Sequence record: OQ938541.1
Reading direction: 5' to 3' (one strand)
Origin: Escherichia phage vB_EcoP_PE006
DNA length: 64,000 bases
This document shows, one piece after another, positions 18,819 to 29,539 of this stretch. A program made the translations under genes and the position numbers. Positions within the stretch are counted from its first letter, which is position 1, and every line of letters begins with the position of its first letter. The notes beneath the pieces were generated by a model, which did no database searches, was not told the DNA's origin, and worked only from the letters and a program-made list of their open reading frames with translations.

Positions 18819-20939
18819 ATGTCTAGAGAACTAATGCCTAAATCTGGCATAATGATGCCTCATGTAGTTGTAACCAGAGATGCGGCTGTTGTCGGTGTTT
18901 CTACTGTAGATGGACAGGCTGGTGCTGTTGACCTTACTGGAAAGTATTTACAGAAAACCGATGCGGCTGCTACATACCAAACTAAAGCAGAAGGTGCATC
19001 TAAAGATTTTGTACTGGATTCAATTCAACCTATTATGTCTGGTGCTTTATTCAGAGCAGACCCTTGGGTTGTTAACGACACCCCATTCCGATCTACTGGA
19101 GCTAACGGTGTAGAATCAGTTGATATGATGAAAGTAACCCCTGATAACTCAATCAAGATTGGTAGTTATGCCTCTTCAGTTCAAGGTGTAGAGATTCATT
19201 CTGCTGGTCGTCTTCAGGTTGTTGACCAGAATGATTCTGGGGTAGAAACTAAGTATCCGGTTTATTCTAAACGTTATCGTCCTGAGATTGAGGATTTGCC
19301 TTTTGCTGCAATTGGTTCTTATGTTAAAGATTCTAAGGGTCGTACTGTTGGGGTTACTCGTACAGGGATTAACTCTGATATCAAACAACTTACCCAGAAG
19401 GTAACTTTCACTCAACCAGTTACCGTTCCTGATGCAGTTGGGGATTATGATGCAGTTACTTTGAGACAGCTTCGTAATAGTGGTGGCGGTTCTGGTGGTC
19501 CTACAATGAGTGGTATATCTAACTTCGGTATTGGTGATTTCCACTTACGTGACAGTCGAGCTTTTATTCCAGCTTTTGAAGTAGTGTCTGACGGACAGCT
19601 TTTGAACCGTGCTGACTATCCAGACCTTTGGGCATACGCTCAATTGCTGTCTCCTATTGAAGACTCTCTGTGGTTGTCTGATAAATTTCAACGTGGCAGA
19701 TACTCAAAAGGTGATGGTTCTACTACATTTCGTGTTCCGGATAGGAATGGTGTTCAGGAAGGGTCTATTCGGGCTTTATATGGTAGAGGTGATGGTGGCT
19801 CTTCTACTACTAATGGAGCTATCTTTGATTCAGCTGCCCCTAACATAACAGGCGGTTTTGAAATCGTAACAAACACTACCGTACTTGAGAATGCTGATCT
19901 TGAAGGGGCAATATTTGGTGCGCGGAAAGGGTACAAATATGCCCAATTGAATACTATTGAACTTCCTTCTTCCGGTGATATATATCCCAAACAGATGCGG
20001 ATTGACGCGTCACGTTCAAGCCCTATCTACGGGGCGTCCTATGACGAGATTATGGGTCGTAACTTTGTAGGTGTTTGGACTATTCGTGCTCATGGTGGAT
20101 TCACAGCAGCTAACACTTCTTGGTCTGTTATTAACAGCGATGCAGATAAACCTAGCAGCGGAACTTCTGTAAGTGGTGGGTCAATTCTCTCCGAGTATAA
20201 AATAGGAACTGAAGTTGAAGGTTATGCGTCTTTTAGGATGGTGGGAACTATCGGTGCTACTTATGCTGCTCGTGTAACCGTTTTTAATAAGTCTTCAGGA
20301 GCCAACGAAACCTTCGATTTTGGAAGTGATGGAAACTTAAACATTCCGGGAAGTTTGCGTACTAACGAAGGTGACGTCATCGCTAAGAGTCAACTGATAT
20401 CTCAAGGAGGTCGGATAGTTCTTATAGGTAATAGTAATCAAAGCCAATCTTTTGTTGAATTTAAGAGCAACAATGGTTATACTGTGAATTCAAGAGTTTA
20501 TTCTGAGCGTGATGGCGAACTCACCATATCAACATCTACAGCTGGAGCTAATCAGAAATATTTTCAATTTCTTAAGGATGGTAGTGCTACAAGCTCTGGT
20601 GGCTGGATCCACTCTTCTGATATGAGAATTAAAGAGAATATTAAACCAATAGAAAACCCTCTGGAAAAGATGAAAAACATCAAAGGTGTTTCTTGGAAGC
20701 TTAGAAACGGGGGTAAGATTGGTTTTGGTTTCATAGCTCAAGATGTTGAAGTAGACTTCCCTGATGCGGTATCTATTTCTGGTGATATGGAGATGGAAGA
20801 TGGGTCTGTAGTTAAGGGTGTAAGATCGGTTGATACTTATGGTGTTTCCGCCGCTTTACACCACGAAGCTATTCTTGAACTTATGAAACAGATCGAAGAC
20901 CTTAAGAAAGAGATAGCAGAACTTAAATCTGGTAAATAA
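18819..20939 (+). CDS. tail fiber/spike with C-terminal intramolecular chaperone (peptidase S74-like) domain
   Basis: 706 aa; C-terminal ~106 aa begins ...HSSDMRIKENIKP..., resembling the auto-cleaving chaperone domains of endosialidase-type and L-shaped tail fibers. Confidence 0.7.
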   Translation: MSRELMPKSGIMMPHVVVTRDAAVVGVSTVDGQAGAVDLTGKYLQKTDAAATYQTKAEGASKDFVLDSIQPIMSGALFRADPWVVNDTPFRSTGANGVESVDMMKVTPDNSIKIGSYASSVQGVEIHSAGRLQVVDQNDSGVETKYPVYSKRYRPEIEDLPFAAIGSYVKDSKGRTVGVTRTGINSDIKQLTQKVTFTQPVTVPDAVGDYDAVTLRQLRNSGGGSGGPTMSGISNFGIGDFHLRDSRAFIPAFEVVSDGQLLNRADYPDLWAYAQLLSPIEDSLWLSDKFQRGRYSKGDGSTTFRVPDRNGVQEGSIRALYGRGDGGSSTTNGAIFDSAAPNITGGFEIVTNTTVLENADLEGAIFGARKGYKYAQLNTIELPSSGDIYPKQMRIDASRSSPIYGASYDEIMGRNFVGVWTIRAHGGFTAANTSWSVINSDADKPSSGTSVSGGSILSEYKIGTEVEGYASFRMVGTIGATYAARVTVFNKSSGANETFDFGSDGNLNIPGSLRTNEGDVIAKSQLISQGGRIVLIGNSNQSQSFVEFKSNNGYTVNSRVYSERDGELTISTSTAGANQKYFQFLKDGSATSSGGWIHSSDMRIKENIKPIENPLEKMKNIKGVSWKLRNGGKIGFGFIAQDVEVDFPDAVSISGDMEMEDGSVVKGVRSVDTYGVSAALHHEAILELMKQIEDLKKEIAELKSGK

Positions 20940-20945
20940 TCTATT

Positions 20946-20962
20946 GCCCCTTAGGGGGCTTT
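20946..20962 (+). terminator. intercistronic hairpin (weak terminator)
   Basis: GCCCC-TTAG-GGGGC followed by TTT. Confidence 0.3.
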
Positions 20963-21032
20963 AGTAGTAACTGGAGCTAGTAAGTAATGAAACTAATATA
21001 TCCCAAGAGGTTAATATATAGGAGACACTCAA

Positions 21033-21251
21033 ATGAAAATGATGAAACAAGCTGCATATGGTTTAATCTGTTTAGGTGCAGGTGTTGTGGTGTCAACCGC
21101 AGTTCCTGTAAGCGCAGTTCATCCATTAATAACTGTCCCTGCTCCAGTAGAGAAGCTTAGCTCTCAATGCAAGCAGAGAACAATTCAAAATAACCTAGTT
21201 GTTATTTGTCCTGATGCTGAATCTAACGCTCTGAGAAAGATACTACCTTAA
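21033..21251 (+). CDS. small membrane or secreted protein (possible holin-like protein)
   Basis: 72 aa with one N-terminal hydrophobic segment (AAYGLICLGAGVVVSTAVPV); lies directly upstream of a lysozyme gene. Confidence 0.35.
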   Translation: MKMMKQAAYGLICLGAGVVVSTAVPVSAVHPLITVPAPVEKLSSQCKQRTIQNNLVVICPDAESNALRKILP

Positions 21252-21280
21252 TTTAAAGGGACTACAAAAGGAGGTTAGAA

Positions 21281-21772
21281 ATGGATAACGTCGCATTGCC
21301 ACCTGTACAATTAAATTTAAGCCCAGCTGGAATGGAATTCATCATGAAGCATGAGGGTATGAGAACCAAGGCTTATAAAGATTCCGCAGGTATCTGGACT
21401 ATATGTGTAGGGGCTACGCGCGATATGAATGGTTATCCGGTTAGACAAGGATTAACGTATTCTATAGAGGATTGTCTAGCTCTGCTAGATAGAGACACAC
21501 AAGACTCTGTTCGTGCTACTCAGAAGAACATAAAGGTTCCTTTACTAATTCATGAGTTTGATGCACTCACTTCTTTCAACTTCAATGTTGGCAGTGGTGC
21601 TTTGAGCACATCTAAGTTAAGGAAGGTTATCAATGGAGACGTTAAGGGGGATGTTTATTCCGAATTTCTTCGTTGGGATAAAATAACGGTCAGGGGAGAA
21701 AAGCAGAGAAGTCAGGGTCTTCATAACAGAAGGGTTGCAGAAGCTGATCTTTACACTGAAGGTAAATATTAA
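21281..21772 (+). CDS. lysozyme, glycoside hydrolase family 24 (T4-lysozyme-like)
   Basis: N-terminal motif EG.RTKAYKDSAGIWTICVG matches the catalytic Glu/Asp/Thr region of GH24 phage lysozymes. Confidence 0.75.
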   Translation: MDNVALPPVQLNLSPAGMEFIMKHEGMRTKAYKDSAGIWTICVGATRDMNGYPVRQGLTYSIEDCLALLDRDTQDSVRATQKNIKVPLLIHEFDALTSFNFNVGSGALSTSKLRKVINGDVKGDVYSEFLRWDKITVRGEKQRSQGLHNRRVAEADLYTEGKY

Positions 21773-21784
21773 TGGAGGTGCCTT

Positions 21785-22588
21785 TTGGCTATCGAAACTA
21801 ATGCGGTAGTTATTACCGACTTAAACCCGCTCTATCCTAGAGACAGGGATTACATCTACGAAGGGGCGGCTCAAATCCGCCTCATTAAACAAACACTACA
21901 GAATACATTCCCTAATGTTACAGAACCAGTTGATATAGATTCTGACACCTTTAAGATTATGTCAGAGAAGCTCAAGTTTACTGGTGATGCAATGGATGTT
22001 GGTGGTCTGATGATTAAGAACGTCACTCCGGGGACTGGTGACAAAGATGTTGTCACTAAAGGCCAGATGGAAGCGTTCATGAAGAACTGGATGGAGAATA
22101 AGCTCTATCGAATTGGCTCTTACTACATCACTGAAGAAGATATTAACCCCGGTGATTCTATCTCCCTAGGGTTTGGCTCTTGGGCTAAAGTGACTGGTGT
22201 TATCATGGGTACTGGTGTTGTAAACCCTGATGGCTCTGTTCCTAATGCTCAGAGAGTCGAGTTCCAAGCAGGTGGCACAGGTGGTCGCGTCTTCAATACC
22301 ATTCGTACAGAGAACGTACCTCTGATGACAGTTAATGGCTCCAGCTTCTCCTTATCCAGCAACACCCATAGTCACAACATGGTGTTTGGTCGTGGGGATG
22401 CTAGTGGTCATAACAGCTCACCTAACTGGTATAGTCCGGGTGGTGGTTATAGTCAGAGAACTGAGAACGATACACACTCTCATACAATCTCTGGTAGTGT
22501 AAGTCTTGGTCGTGATGATATTTCTCGTCAACCTATTAACACTTTGCCACCATTCAGAGCGGCTCACATTTGGAGACGTATTAGCTAA
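21785..22588 (+). CDS. tail fiber-like / baseplate protein with His-rich C-terminus
   Basis: 267 aa, Gly/Ser/Thr-rich, with NTHSHN...DTHSHTISG motifs reminiscent of metal-binding fiber tips. Confidence 0.5.
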   Translation: MAIETNAVVITDLNPLYPRDRDYIYEGAAQIRLIKQTLQNTFPNVTEPVDIDSDTFKIMSEKLKFTGDAMDVGGLMIKNVTPGTGDKDVVTKGQMEAFMKNWMENKLYRIGSYYITEEDINPGDSISLGFGSWAKVTGVIMGTGVVNPDGSVPNAQRVEFQAGGTGGRVFNTIRTENVPLMTVNGSSFSLSSNTHSHNMVFGRGDASGHNSSPNWYSPGGGYSQRTENDTHSHTISGSVSLGRDDISRQPINTLPPFRAAHIWRRIS

Positions 22589-22597
22589 GGAGGAATT

Positions 22598-25500
22598 ATG
22601 GCGCTGTATCCAATAAAGTCGTTAGGTGCTGTAGGCGTTATCGCTGATCAGGCTCCGACAGACTTAGCTCCTAATGCTTTCACTAATGCTATAAATGCTC
22701 GATTTGTTGAGCAGAGAGTATTTAAGACGGGGGGCAATGCCCCTCTTTCTTATGTAGACGAAGATAAGGATTTAACCCCTCTGTCTTTCGTGTCTATGCC
22801 TTTCGATTATTATAGCGCAGGTAATAGCTTTCTTGTTGTAGGTACGGATAAGAAGTTATATAAACTGACAGATGAAAGCTTGACTGACATTAGCCGTAAG
22901 GTTGCTACAGTCACTAAGAAGGCTTCTGCCTCAATTAAGATTTATCCAGTTGTTTCTCAGATTGTTCCTAAAGAATCAACCATCTCAATGAACTTTAATC
23001 AGACTAAGAGTCTAGAAGTTTCTCTTCTTCCTGCTGATGCTAACAATACCGATCTTGTTTGGGAGGTTAGTAATTCAACCTATGGGAGTGTTACAGTAGA
23101 CCCTAGTGATTCTAAACTTGCTACTCTAACATCTTTTGAGAGAGAGGGTAATCTTGTAGTAACCATCTCTACTGCTGATGATTCTGTAGTGGCTCAGATT
23201 GCTGTGAACATTATAGATGGTGATTCAGGCATCTTCTTGAGTCAAGATACTGTTACTATCCGTAAAGGAGGGACTACCACTCTTACAGCTGTTACTGGTA
23301 AAACCCCTGTAACTTGGTCCAGCAATAACGCTTCTATTGTATCCGTGACCCCTAACGCTAATTCTCTAACTGCTGTTATTACTGCTAATGGTGAGGGCAA
23401 TGTAACAATAACTGCTGATAACGGAACGAAAACTGCTTCTTGTGAGGTTGTTTCCATCCCTCAGATTGACAGTATCACTTTGAGTCAGTCAGATGTGATC
23501 GTTAGTAGAGGTTCTCAATACATTTTAACTGCTACCCTTTCTCCTGCTAATGCCCCTAATCAAAACATTACTTGGACCTCTTCTAATCCAAATATTGCAA
23601 CAGTATCAGGGACCAGTACACAAGGGACGGTCAACGCCCTACTCGCTGGCTTTACTGAGATTACGGCTACCACTGAAGAAGGTAACAGAGTTGCTGTCTG
23701 TACTGTACGAGTAGACTTAGCTGGAAGGGCGATGAGAACAAGTGCTATGGCATTTGCTGCACCTGCATCAGAACCAATTGAATCACAAGAGGAAGAAGTA
23801 GTAACTCCTCCTGAAAGTGAAGAGACGATTTATTTTGCTGAGCCTACGTCTGGTATTGACACATCTGGTATGTACGAAGGTAACAGCTTCTACGACTACT
23901 CTAACGTGAATGATATTGAAGGTTTTGCAAGAGCTTCTTTACTGGCAACCCCTTTGTCATCTGTAACATTAGATGTTGTCAGCGCCTCTCTTGATGTTGG
24001 TGAAGAGATTGTTATCACAGCTACAGCCTCTCCAGAAGGTGATTATTCCTATCAGTGGTCTGTGGATAAGACAGGTTATGTTTCTACAACTTCAGTTACT
24101 GGTAAATCTATCAAACTGGTTGCTCTTCGTAAAGGAGAGATTAATGTAACATGTACTGTCAGCCAAATGACTCAGAAGGATTACGACGCTTTTGATGACT
24201 ACCCTTGGTATCACGCTGTTATCTCTAACTGTGCAGTTGCTACAACTCACTATGAAACTCCTCAGGTAAAAGAATTCGAATCAGAATACTTTGTAGACCT
24301 TCCGGGATGGGGTGAGCAAACAGTTGTTGATAATGATGGAAACCCTTCAGTCAAGAAGTTTAACTGGAAATGTGAAAGAGTAAGATCTTTTAATAACCGT
24401 CTTTTTGCTCTGAATATGAGAGAGGCTAATGCTTCTGGTGTTACCACTAACTACCCACTTCGTCTTCGTTGGTCTAACTTTGCCAATGAGAACAAAGCTC
24501 CTACACTGTGGGATGACTTTGCCTACGATCGGGTTGTGTCTTCGGACTTGGCTTCTAACATCGTAGGACAGACTCAGGCTTTAGAAAATGGATATGCTGG
24601 TTACATTGACCTAGCGGACTCTAACGGCAGCTTAATTGATATCTTACCTCTTAAAGATTACTTGTTCGTTTATACAGAGTTTGAAACGTATATTGGTTCT
24701 CCGACTAATAACACATACCAACCTCTGATGTTCAAGAAACTCTTTAATGACTCTGGTATCCTTGCTCCTGAGTGTGTGGTTGAAGTAGAAGGTAGCCACT
24801 TCGTAGTTACTCAGAACGATGTAATCCTACACAATGGTGCAACCAAGAAGTCAATTGCATCTAACCGTGTTAAGAACATGCTGATTAATGAGGTGTGTCT
24901 GGTTAACCCTCTAGCAACTCGAGTACACTTGCATCAGGATAAGAAAGAAGTTTGGGTTCTCTATGTAGGTCCGGGAGAGCCGAAAGAAAGCTTCGCTTGC
25001 ACTAAAGCTGCTGTATGGAACTACGAGTTTGATACTTGGTCTTTCCGTACTATCCCTTATGCTCAGTGTATCGGTCTGGTTGATCCTCCTGTTCTAGAGA
25101 GAGGTCCAATCTGGTCTGACTTCCAAGAGATCACTTGGGATGACCCATCTATCAAAGAACTCGTTTGGAGAAAGGATGCAACAAACTTTAGACAGAGGGT
25201 TACGATAGTAGGTTCGTTCTTGAGGGGATTCTACCAAGTGGATGTAGGTGCTCTTGATTATTTCTATGACAGGCTTAATGATAAGGTTATAGAAAAACCA
25301 CTGGAGATGAGATTAGAGAGAACTGGTATGGATTTTGATAACATCACTAACGAATGGAATCAGAAACATATCAATAGGTTCAGACCTCAGACGACAGGTT
25401 CCGGTACGTATACTTTTGAAGCAGGTGGTAGTCAATTCTCTAACGAGTATGGTCATCCACACACATCTAAGACGTATACGATTGGTGTTGATAGGCATGT

Positions 25501-25615
25501 CTCGGTGAGACTGAACCATCCATACCTTTTCTATAATGTTATAGATAATGATGTTAACAGTAATGCTGCTATCAATGGGTTAACGATAGAGTTTGCTGTT
25601 GGCGGACGGAGATAA
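22598..25615 (+). CDS. large tail structural protein with Ig-like (Big_2-type) domains
   Basis: 1005 aa with at least two Ig-like segments (e.g. ITLSQSDVIVSRGSQYILTATLSPANAPNQNITWTSSNPNIATV). Confidence 0.55.
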   Translation: MALYPIKSLGAVGVIADQAPTDLAPNAFTNAINARFVEQRVFKTGGNAPLSYVDEDKDLTPLSFVSMPFDYYSAGNSFLVVGTDKKLYKLTDESLTDISRKVATVTKKASASIKIYPVVSQIVPKESTISMNFNQTKSLEVSLLPADANNTDLVWEVSNSTYGSVTVDPSDSKLATLTSFEREGNLVVTISTADDSVVAQIAVNIIDGDSGIFLSQDTVTIRKGGTTTLTAVTGKTPVTWSSNNASIVSVTPNANSLTAVITANGEGNVTITADNGTKTASCEVVSIPQIDSITLSQSDVIVSRGSQYILTATLSPANAPNQNITWTSSNPNIATVSGTSTQGTVNALLAGFTEITATTEEGNRVAVCTVRVDLAGRAMRTSAMAFAAPASEPIESQEEEVVTPPESEETIYFAEPTSGIDTSGMYEGNSFYDYSNVNDIEGFARASLLATPLSSVTLDVVSASLDVGEEIVITATASPEGDYSYQWSVDKTGYVSTTSVTGKSIKLVALRKGEINVTCTVSQMTQKDYDAFDDYPWYHAVISNCAVATTHYETPQVKEFESEYFVDLPGWGEQTVVDNDGNPSVKKFNWKCERVRSFNNRLFALNMREANASGVTTNYPLRLRWSNFANENKAPTLWDDFAYDRVVSSDLASNIVGQTQALENGYAGYIDLADSNGSLIDILPLKDYLFVYTEFETYIGSPTNNTYQPLMFKKLFNDSGILAPECVVEVEGSHFVVTQNDVILHNGATKKSIASNRVKNMLINEVCLVNPLATRVHLHQDKKEVWVLYVGPGEPKESFACTKAAVWNYEFDTWSFRTIPYAQCIGLVDPPVLERGPIWSDFQEITWDDPSIKELVWRKDATNFRQRVTIVGSFLRGFYQVDVGALDYFYDRLNDKVIEKPLEMRLERTGMDFDNITNEWNQKHINRFRPQTTGSGTYTFEAGGSQFSNEYGHPHTSKTYTIGVDRHVSVRLNHPYLFYNVIDNDVNSNAAINGLTIEFAVGGRR

Positions 25616-25620
25616 CAACA

Positions 25621-25648
25621 AGGGGCTTCGTGCCCCTTTTATTGTTTT
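25621..25648 (+). terminator. rho-independent terminator
   Basis: AGGGGC-TTCGT-GCCCCT followed by TTTATTGTTTT. Confidence 0.55.
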
Positions 25649-25658
25649 GGAGGAACTT

Positions 25659-26627
25659 ATGGGTGCAGGTGGTTTTCGTAAGAACACTGGTCGTAATAAC
25701 ACCACACTCCCGTACAACGTTGGGTTTCTCAATAATGTACAGGACACAGAAACATATAACGTAGCCGTATATGACGAGCTACAGAAAGTTAGTACAGCTA
25801 CTAACCAAATGTTCCAAGCTATTGATGAGATTCATGATGAGATTGATGTTCGTATCAAAGCTCTTCATGCGATGAACTTACAATTTGATGAGCTTGAGAA
25901 TAGAATTACTACAGAGATAGAGACAGCTATTGCAGATATTATAACACAGATGGGGAACCTCTCCACTGAAGATATTTGGGATAATTCTGTTCAACCTCCT
26001 GTAAAATTAGAAAGCACTGTATCTGGCTTTAAAACAAGTATTGAAGGTAACACAACTAAGATTCAAACGGTAGAAGGGATTGTTAACGACCAAGGTCAAG
26101 AGATTGCTTTAGTTCAGACAGAGATTCAAAATATTAATGGAAGCCTATCTCAGTATATGAAGCTTTCTGAGTATGAAGCTACATGGGGAGTTAACTCTAC
26201 AGTCAACGGAAGATATGCTGGGGTCAAGTTAACTAACAACGGAACAAACAGTCAATTCCAAGTAACAGCTAACAAGTTTATTGTTGGTGATGGTAGCTCT
26301 GGTAACACCCCTTTTGTGTTTGAGGGTGGAAGAGCTAGGATGGAGTTCGCTGACATAAAGAACGTCAACATCACAACAGCTCAGATTGCCAACGCTAGAA
26401 TCCAATGGGCACAGATTGATAACGTATCTATCTCCAATGCTCAGATTCAGAACTTGTCAGCGGATAAGATTACTGCTGGTTCTATGTGGGGTTCTAACTG
26501 GAGACTTACGGTTGGTGGTGATTTTGTTATGGGTGGTACAGGTGGTTCTCAGTTGTGGATGAATGGTAATAGAATAGATTTTTATGATGGGAGTGGGACT
26601 CTTCGCATAAGAATAGGGAGTTGGTAA
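25659..26627 (+). CDS. tail fiber-like protein
   Basis: Start placed at the ATG preceded by GGAGGA; the track start at 25593 lies inside the preceding terminator. Contains repetitive ...AQIANARIQWAQIDNVSISNAQIQNLSADKITAG... Confidence 0.55.
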   Translation: MGAGGFRKNTGRNNTTLPYNVGFLNNVQDTETYNVAVYDELQKVSTATNQMFQAIDEIHDEIDVRIKALHAMNLQFDELENRITTEIETAIADIITQMGNLSTEDIWDNSVQPPVKLESTVSGFKTSIEGNTTKIQTVEGIVNDQGQEIALVQTEIQNINGSLSQYMKLSEYEATWGVNSTVNGRYAGVKLTNNGTNSQFQVTANKFIVGDGSSGNTPFVFEGGRARMEFADIKNVNITTAQIANARIQWAQIDNVSISNAQIQNLSADKITAGSMWGSNWRLTVGGDFVMGGTGGSQLWMNGNRIDFYDGSGTLRIRIGSW

Positions 26628-26628
26628 T

Positions 26629-27663
26629 ATGGCATATGGAATATGGACACGCCCGGTCGGTCCGGGTCCAGCGGCACCTGCTGATATTTACATTGATAGT
26701 GGTAGCACATTTCCTCAACTCAGAAACAGGGTCAGTGGGAATTTCTCTTTTAGTGGAAATACCTGTGACTTGCCTATAAGCGGTTGGGATGGAAGTGGTC
26801 AGATAGTTGTAGTTCCAACAGGATCTGTTGTTTGGGAGAGATACATACCTCCTAACGTAACATCTGATGTGTATTGGCTAACGGATATATCTGTTATTAA
26901 CAACTCAACCTTCAGAGTTACTATGGATTATAACGTAAACGGTTGGGTATTTGATATGGCTTTTAATGTGTATCAAATATGGCCTAGAGCTAATAGAAAC
27001 TATGGAATCACATTCTCCAACTCTGCTGACTATTTCTCAATCTCTGATTCTGGGGTTGTTGGTCAATGTATTTGGGCTTGGGAGGGTGATATAAACGGTT
27101 CTCTTCAAATACCAGATATTGGTGGTTTTGACATGAGCCGAGCAACTGTCTACGCGAATTGGAGTAACGGCGGAGCAGGTCTGCTATACAACCCATCCAA
27201 TAGGGTTGTTTATGTGTACCAGAACAGGTCTCATGATAATGGTAACACAAACCAAACAGGGTACATTGGTGGTGTTAGGATTGCCGTCTTCTGTGATGGT
27301 TCGGGAGTACCAACCCACAATGGAGGTTTAAATATCTTTTCTCCAAATGGATCTCAGTGTGTATTTTCTACATATAGAACCCCTTTTAGAGTTGAGGGCT
27401 TTATGCCTATGAGTGGTGGTAACACATCTTTGGCCTATCCAATGATACCTCTATCTTATGGTGCTGGTGCAATAAGAGGTAAGGCTAGTGGTTGGTATTT
27501 TCAACACACAAGATCCCACATGATGAATGGCTCTTCTTTCGGTACAGGTTTCGGAAGGATGATTTACTCTTGGAGTAGTCAATATGATTTAGGAGGGGGT
27601 GGTGCCCTCGGGTTAAGTATTCCAGTATTAGATGCTAGAAAGATATTCAGGAGTATACAATAA
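26629..27663 (+). CDS. virion structural protein (Gly/Ser/Asn-rich, probable fiber-associated)
   Basis: 344 aa, beta-rich composition, 1-nt overlap with the upstream gene. Confidence 0.45.
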   Translation: MAYGIWTRPVGPGPAAPADIYIDSGSTFPQLRNRVSGNFSFSGNTCDLPISGWDGSGQIVVVPTGSVVWERYIPPNVTSDVYWLTDISVINNSTFRVTMDYNVNGWVFDMAFNVYQIWPRANRNYGITFSNSADYFSISDSGVVGQCIWAWEGDINGSLQIPDIGGFDMSRATVYANWSNGGAGLLYNPSNRVVYVYQNRSHDNGNTNQTGYIGGVRIAVFCDGSGVPTHNGGLNIFSPNGSQCVFSTYRTPFRVEGFMPMSGGNTSLAYPMIPLSYGAGAIRGKASGWYFQHTRSHMMNGSSFGTGFGRMIYSWSSQYDLGGGGALGLSIPVLDARKIFRSIQ

Positions 27664-27672
27664 GGAGATATT

Positions 27673-28455
27673 ATGGCAATTAGAATGGGTATCGAAGAAC
27701 TAGACCCAATGGTACAGCAAGCTTCAAAGAAGTACGGGATTCCTGCTGCTTTGATTCATGCTGTAATCCAAAGAGAGTCTAGTGGACGTCCTAAAGTAGC
27801 CTCTGGAACTGGTCCTGTAGGTTTAATGCAGATCAGTAAAGGGTTGGCTAAAGACTATGGATACAAACTAGAAGATAGACTGGACCCAGCAAAGAATATT
27901 GACATGGGTGCTCGTTATATCAGAGATAACTTAAAAGCTTTTAATGGCGATGTTAAGAAAGCAATGGTTGGTTACTCTGAAGGGACAGGGGGTGCTAGGC
28001 AGATGTTTGCTGGTAAGAAAGGGTTTACCCCTCAGGCTCTAGACTCAATGAACAACAAACACTTTCTTCCTTTTTACGGTGATGCAGCTTCTCAGATTGC
28101 TAACCCAATTGGGGCTTTGCAAGCTGTTCAACCATCCAATCAGTTTAATCCTGACTTGTTAGATAGAGAGAAGGCTGCACAAGCTCCCACTCAGGCAGAG
28201 ATTGCTGCTTCTAAGACGGGTGCTTTAGGTGGTAATCCGGTAGAGTTTTACTCTGATGAAGTACAGGAGGGTGAAGACCAGAAGCCTCAACAGAACTTTG
28301 GTAATGCAGTATTAGGAGTAGCTGCTATGCTTGCTGGTAAACCTCCTACTTCTCAAACAGTTCAGAGGGCAAGTGCACCTCATGCAGCAGGTTCTCAGTA
28401 CAGTCCACAAACACAAGCAGTGCTTAGACGTTTGGCTAGCATTGGTGTTAAGTAA
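27673..28455 (+). CDS. lytic transglycosylase (SLT domain), probably virion-associated
   Basis: Motif IQRESSGRPKVASGTGPVGLMQI matches the SLT catalytic E-S...GLMQ signature. Confidence 0.75.
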   Translation: MAIRMGIEELDPMVQQASKKYGIPAALIHAVIQRESSGRPKVASGTGPVGLMQISKGLAKDYGYKLEDRLDPAKNIDMGARYIRDNLKAFNGDVKKAMVGYSEGTGGARQMFAGKKGFTPQALDSMNNKHFLPFYGDAASQIANPIGALQAVQPSNQFNPDLLDREKAAQAPTQAEIAASKTGALGGNPVEFYSDEVQEGEDQKPQQNFGNAVLGVAAMLAGKPPTSQTVQRASAPHAAGSQYSPQTQAVLRRLASIGVK

Positions 28456-28474
28456 TAGTCATTAAGGAGGACTT

Positions 28475-29527
28475 ATGTCTTTATTTGGAAAATCAGCTTC
28501 TAGCAAAACCACAGTGGCTCCTTCCTCTCAGGTTGATGCCCTGCTGAAGCAGATTGTTGCTAATGCTCAGAATATGCAGAACAACGATCAGGGATTTATT
28601 TCCCAACAGCTGGCTGGGTTTAATGGCAACCAACAAGGTGCTCTGAATAACTTAGCAGCTTCTACAACTCAAAAACAATTGGCTGATATGTACACACCTC
28701 GTACACAGCAAGGTTTGGACCAACTGAACTCTCTTGCCAAACAGTATCAGAATATTGTTAATGGTGGCGGTTTAACTGCTGATGGTGTTAACAACTTTAG
28801 TAAAGGATTAAATAGCTCAGCTCTTGCTCAGGCTACTAGCAAAGCAGCTTCTAATGTTTCTCTTGGCAATGGCTCTGATTCAGGCTCTCTCCGTAGGGCT
28901 GCGGCTCAAGGGGCGGCTTTGAATGGTGCTAATACAAATCTATCTCGTACCATCAATGGTAAGAACATGGGAATCAGTGCTCTTCAACAAGACCAGAACT
29001 TCCAGAGAGGTTTGCTTGGTGCTCAGTCTGGTTTAGCTGGACAGAATCTCAATCTTGGTGCTCAAGGTGTTCAGTCAACTCAGCAAGCTATCCAGAATCA
29101 ACTTATGGCTGGTAATCTACAACAGCAACAAGCTCAAGCTCAAGCAGATATCAATTGGCAAAACGCTATTGGTTCTCAGCAGTATGGATGGAATCAGCTT
29201 AACAACCAGCTTAATGTATTAAACAGTGTAAGCCCGATGGCTGGATACACAATTAAGAATGCTGCTCCGGGAGTTAATACTGGACAACAGCTCCTAGGTG
29301 CTGGTATCACTGGCTTGGGTATTGCAGGTCGTTTGGGTGCTTTCTCTCCTAACCAACAGACCCAGAATGCTTGGAGTTCCTATAACAACTCAGGTGGGCA
29401 GTCTGGTATGGCTGGTCCTATGATTGGAGGTTCTAATCTTTCTCAACAGAAAGGTCAGTCTAACTGGTTATCCACAACGGGTAATAATATCTTAGGCGGC
29501 GTCTTAGGGGCATTCGGAGCAAACTAA
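28475..29527 (+). CDS. Gln/Asn/Gly-rich low-complexity virion protein (putative internal/ejection protein)
   Basis: 350 aa dominated by Q, N, G, A, S. Confidence 0.5.
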   Translation: MSLFGKSASSKTTVAPSSQVDALLKQIVANAQNMQNNDQGFISQQLAGFNGNQQGALNNLAASTTQKQLADMYTPRTQQGLDQLNSLAKQYQNIVNGGGLTADGVNNFSKGLNSSALAQATSKAASNVSLGNGSDSGSLRRAAAQGAALNGANTNLSRTINGKNMGISALQQDQNFQRGLLGAQSGLAGQNLNLGAQGVQSTQQAIQNQLMAGNLQQQQAQAQADINWQNAIGSQQYGWNQLNNQLNVLNSVSPMAGYTIKNAAPGVNTGQQLLGAGITGLGIAGRLGAFSPNQQTQNAWSSYNNSGGQSGMAGPMIGGSNLSQQKGQSNWLSTTGNNILGGVLGAFGAN

Positions 29528-29539
29528 AGGAGATTTAAT

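Noticed and set aside
25593-25658. Track start for the fiber-like gene overlapping the end of the 1005-aa gene
   Set aside because: It falls inside the terminator hairpin; the ATG at 25659 with a GGAGGA RBS is the likely start.
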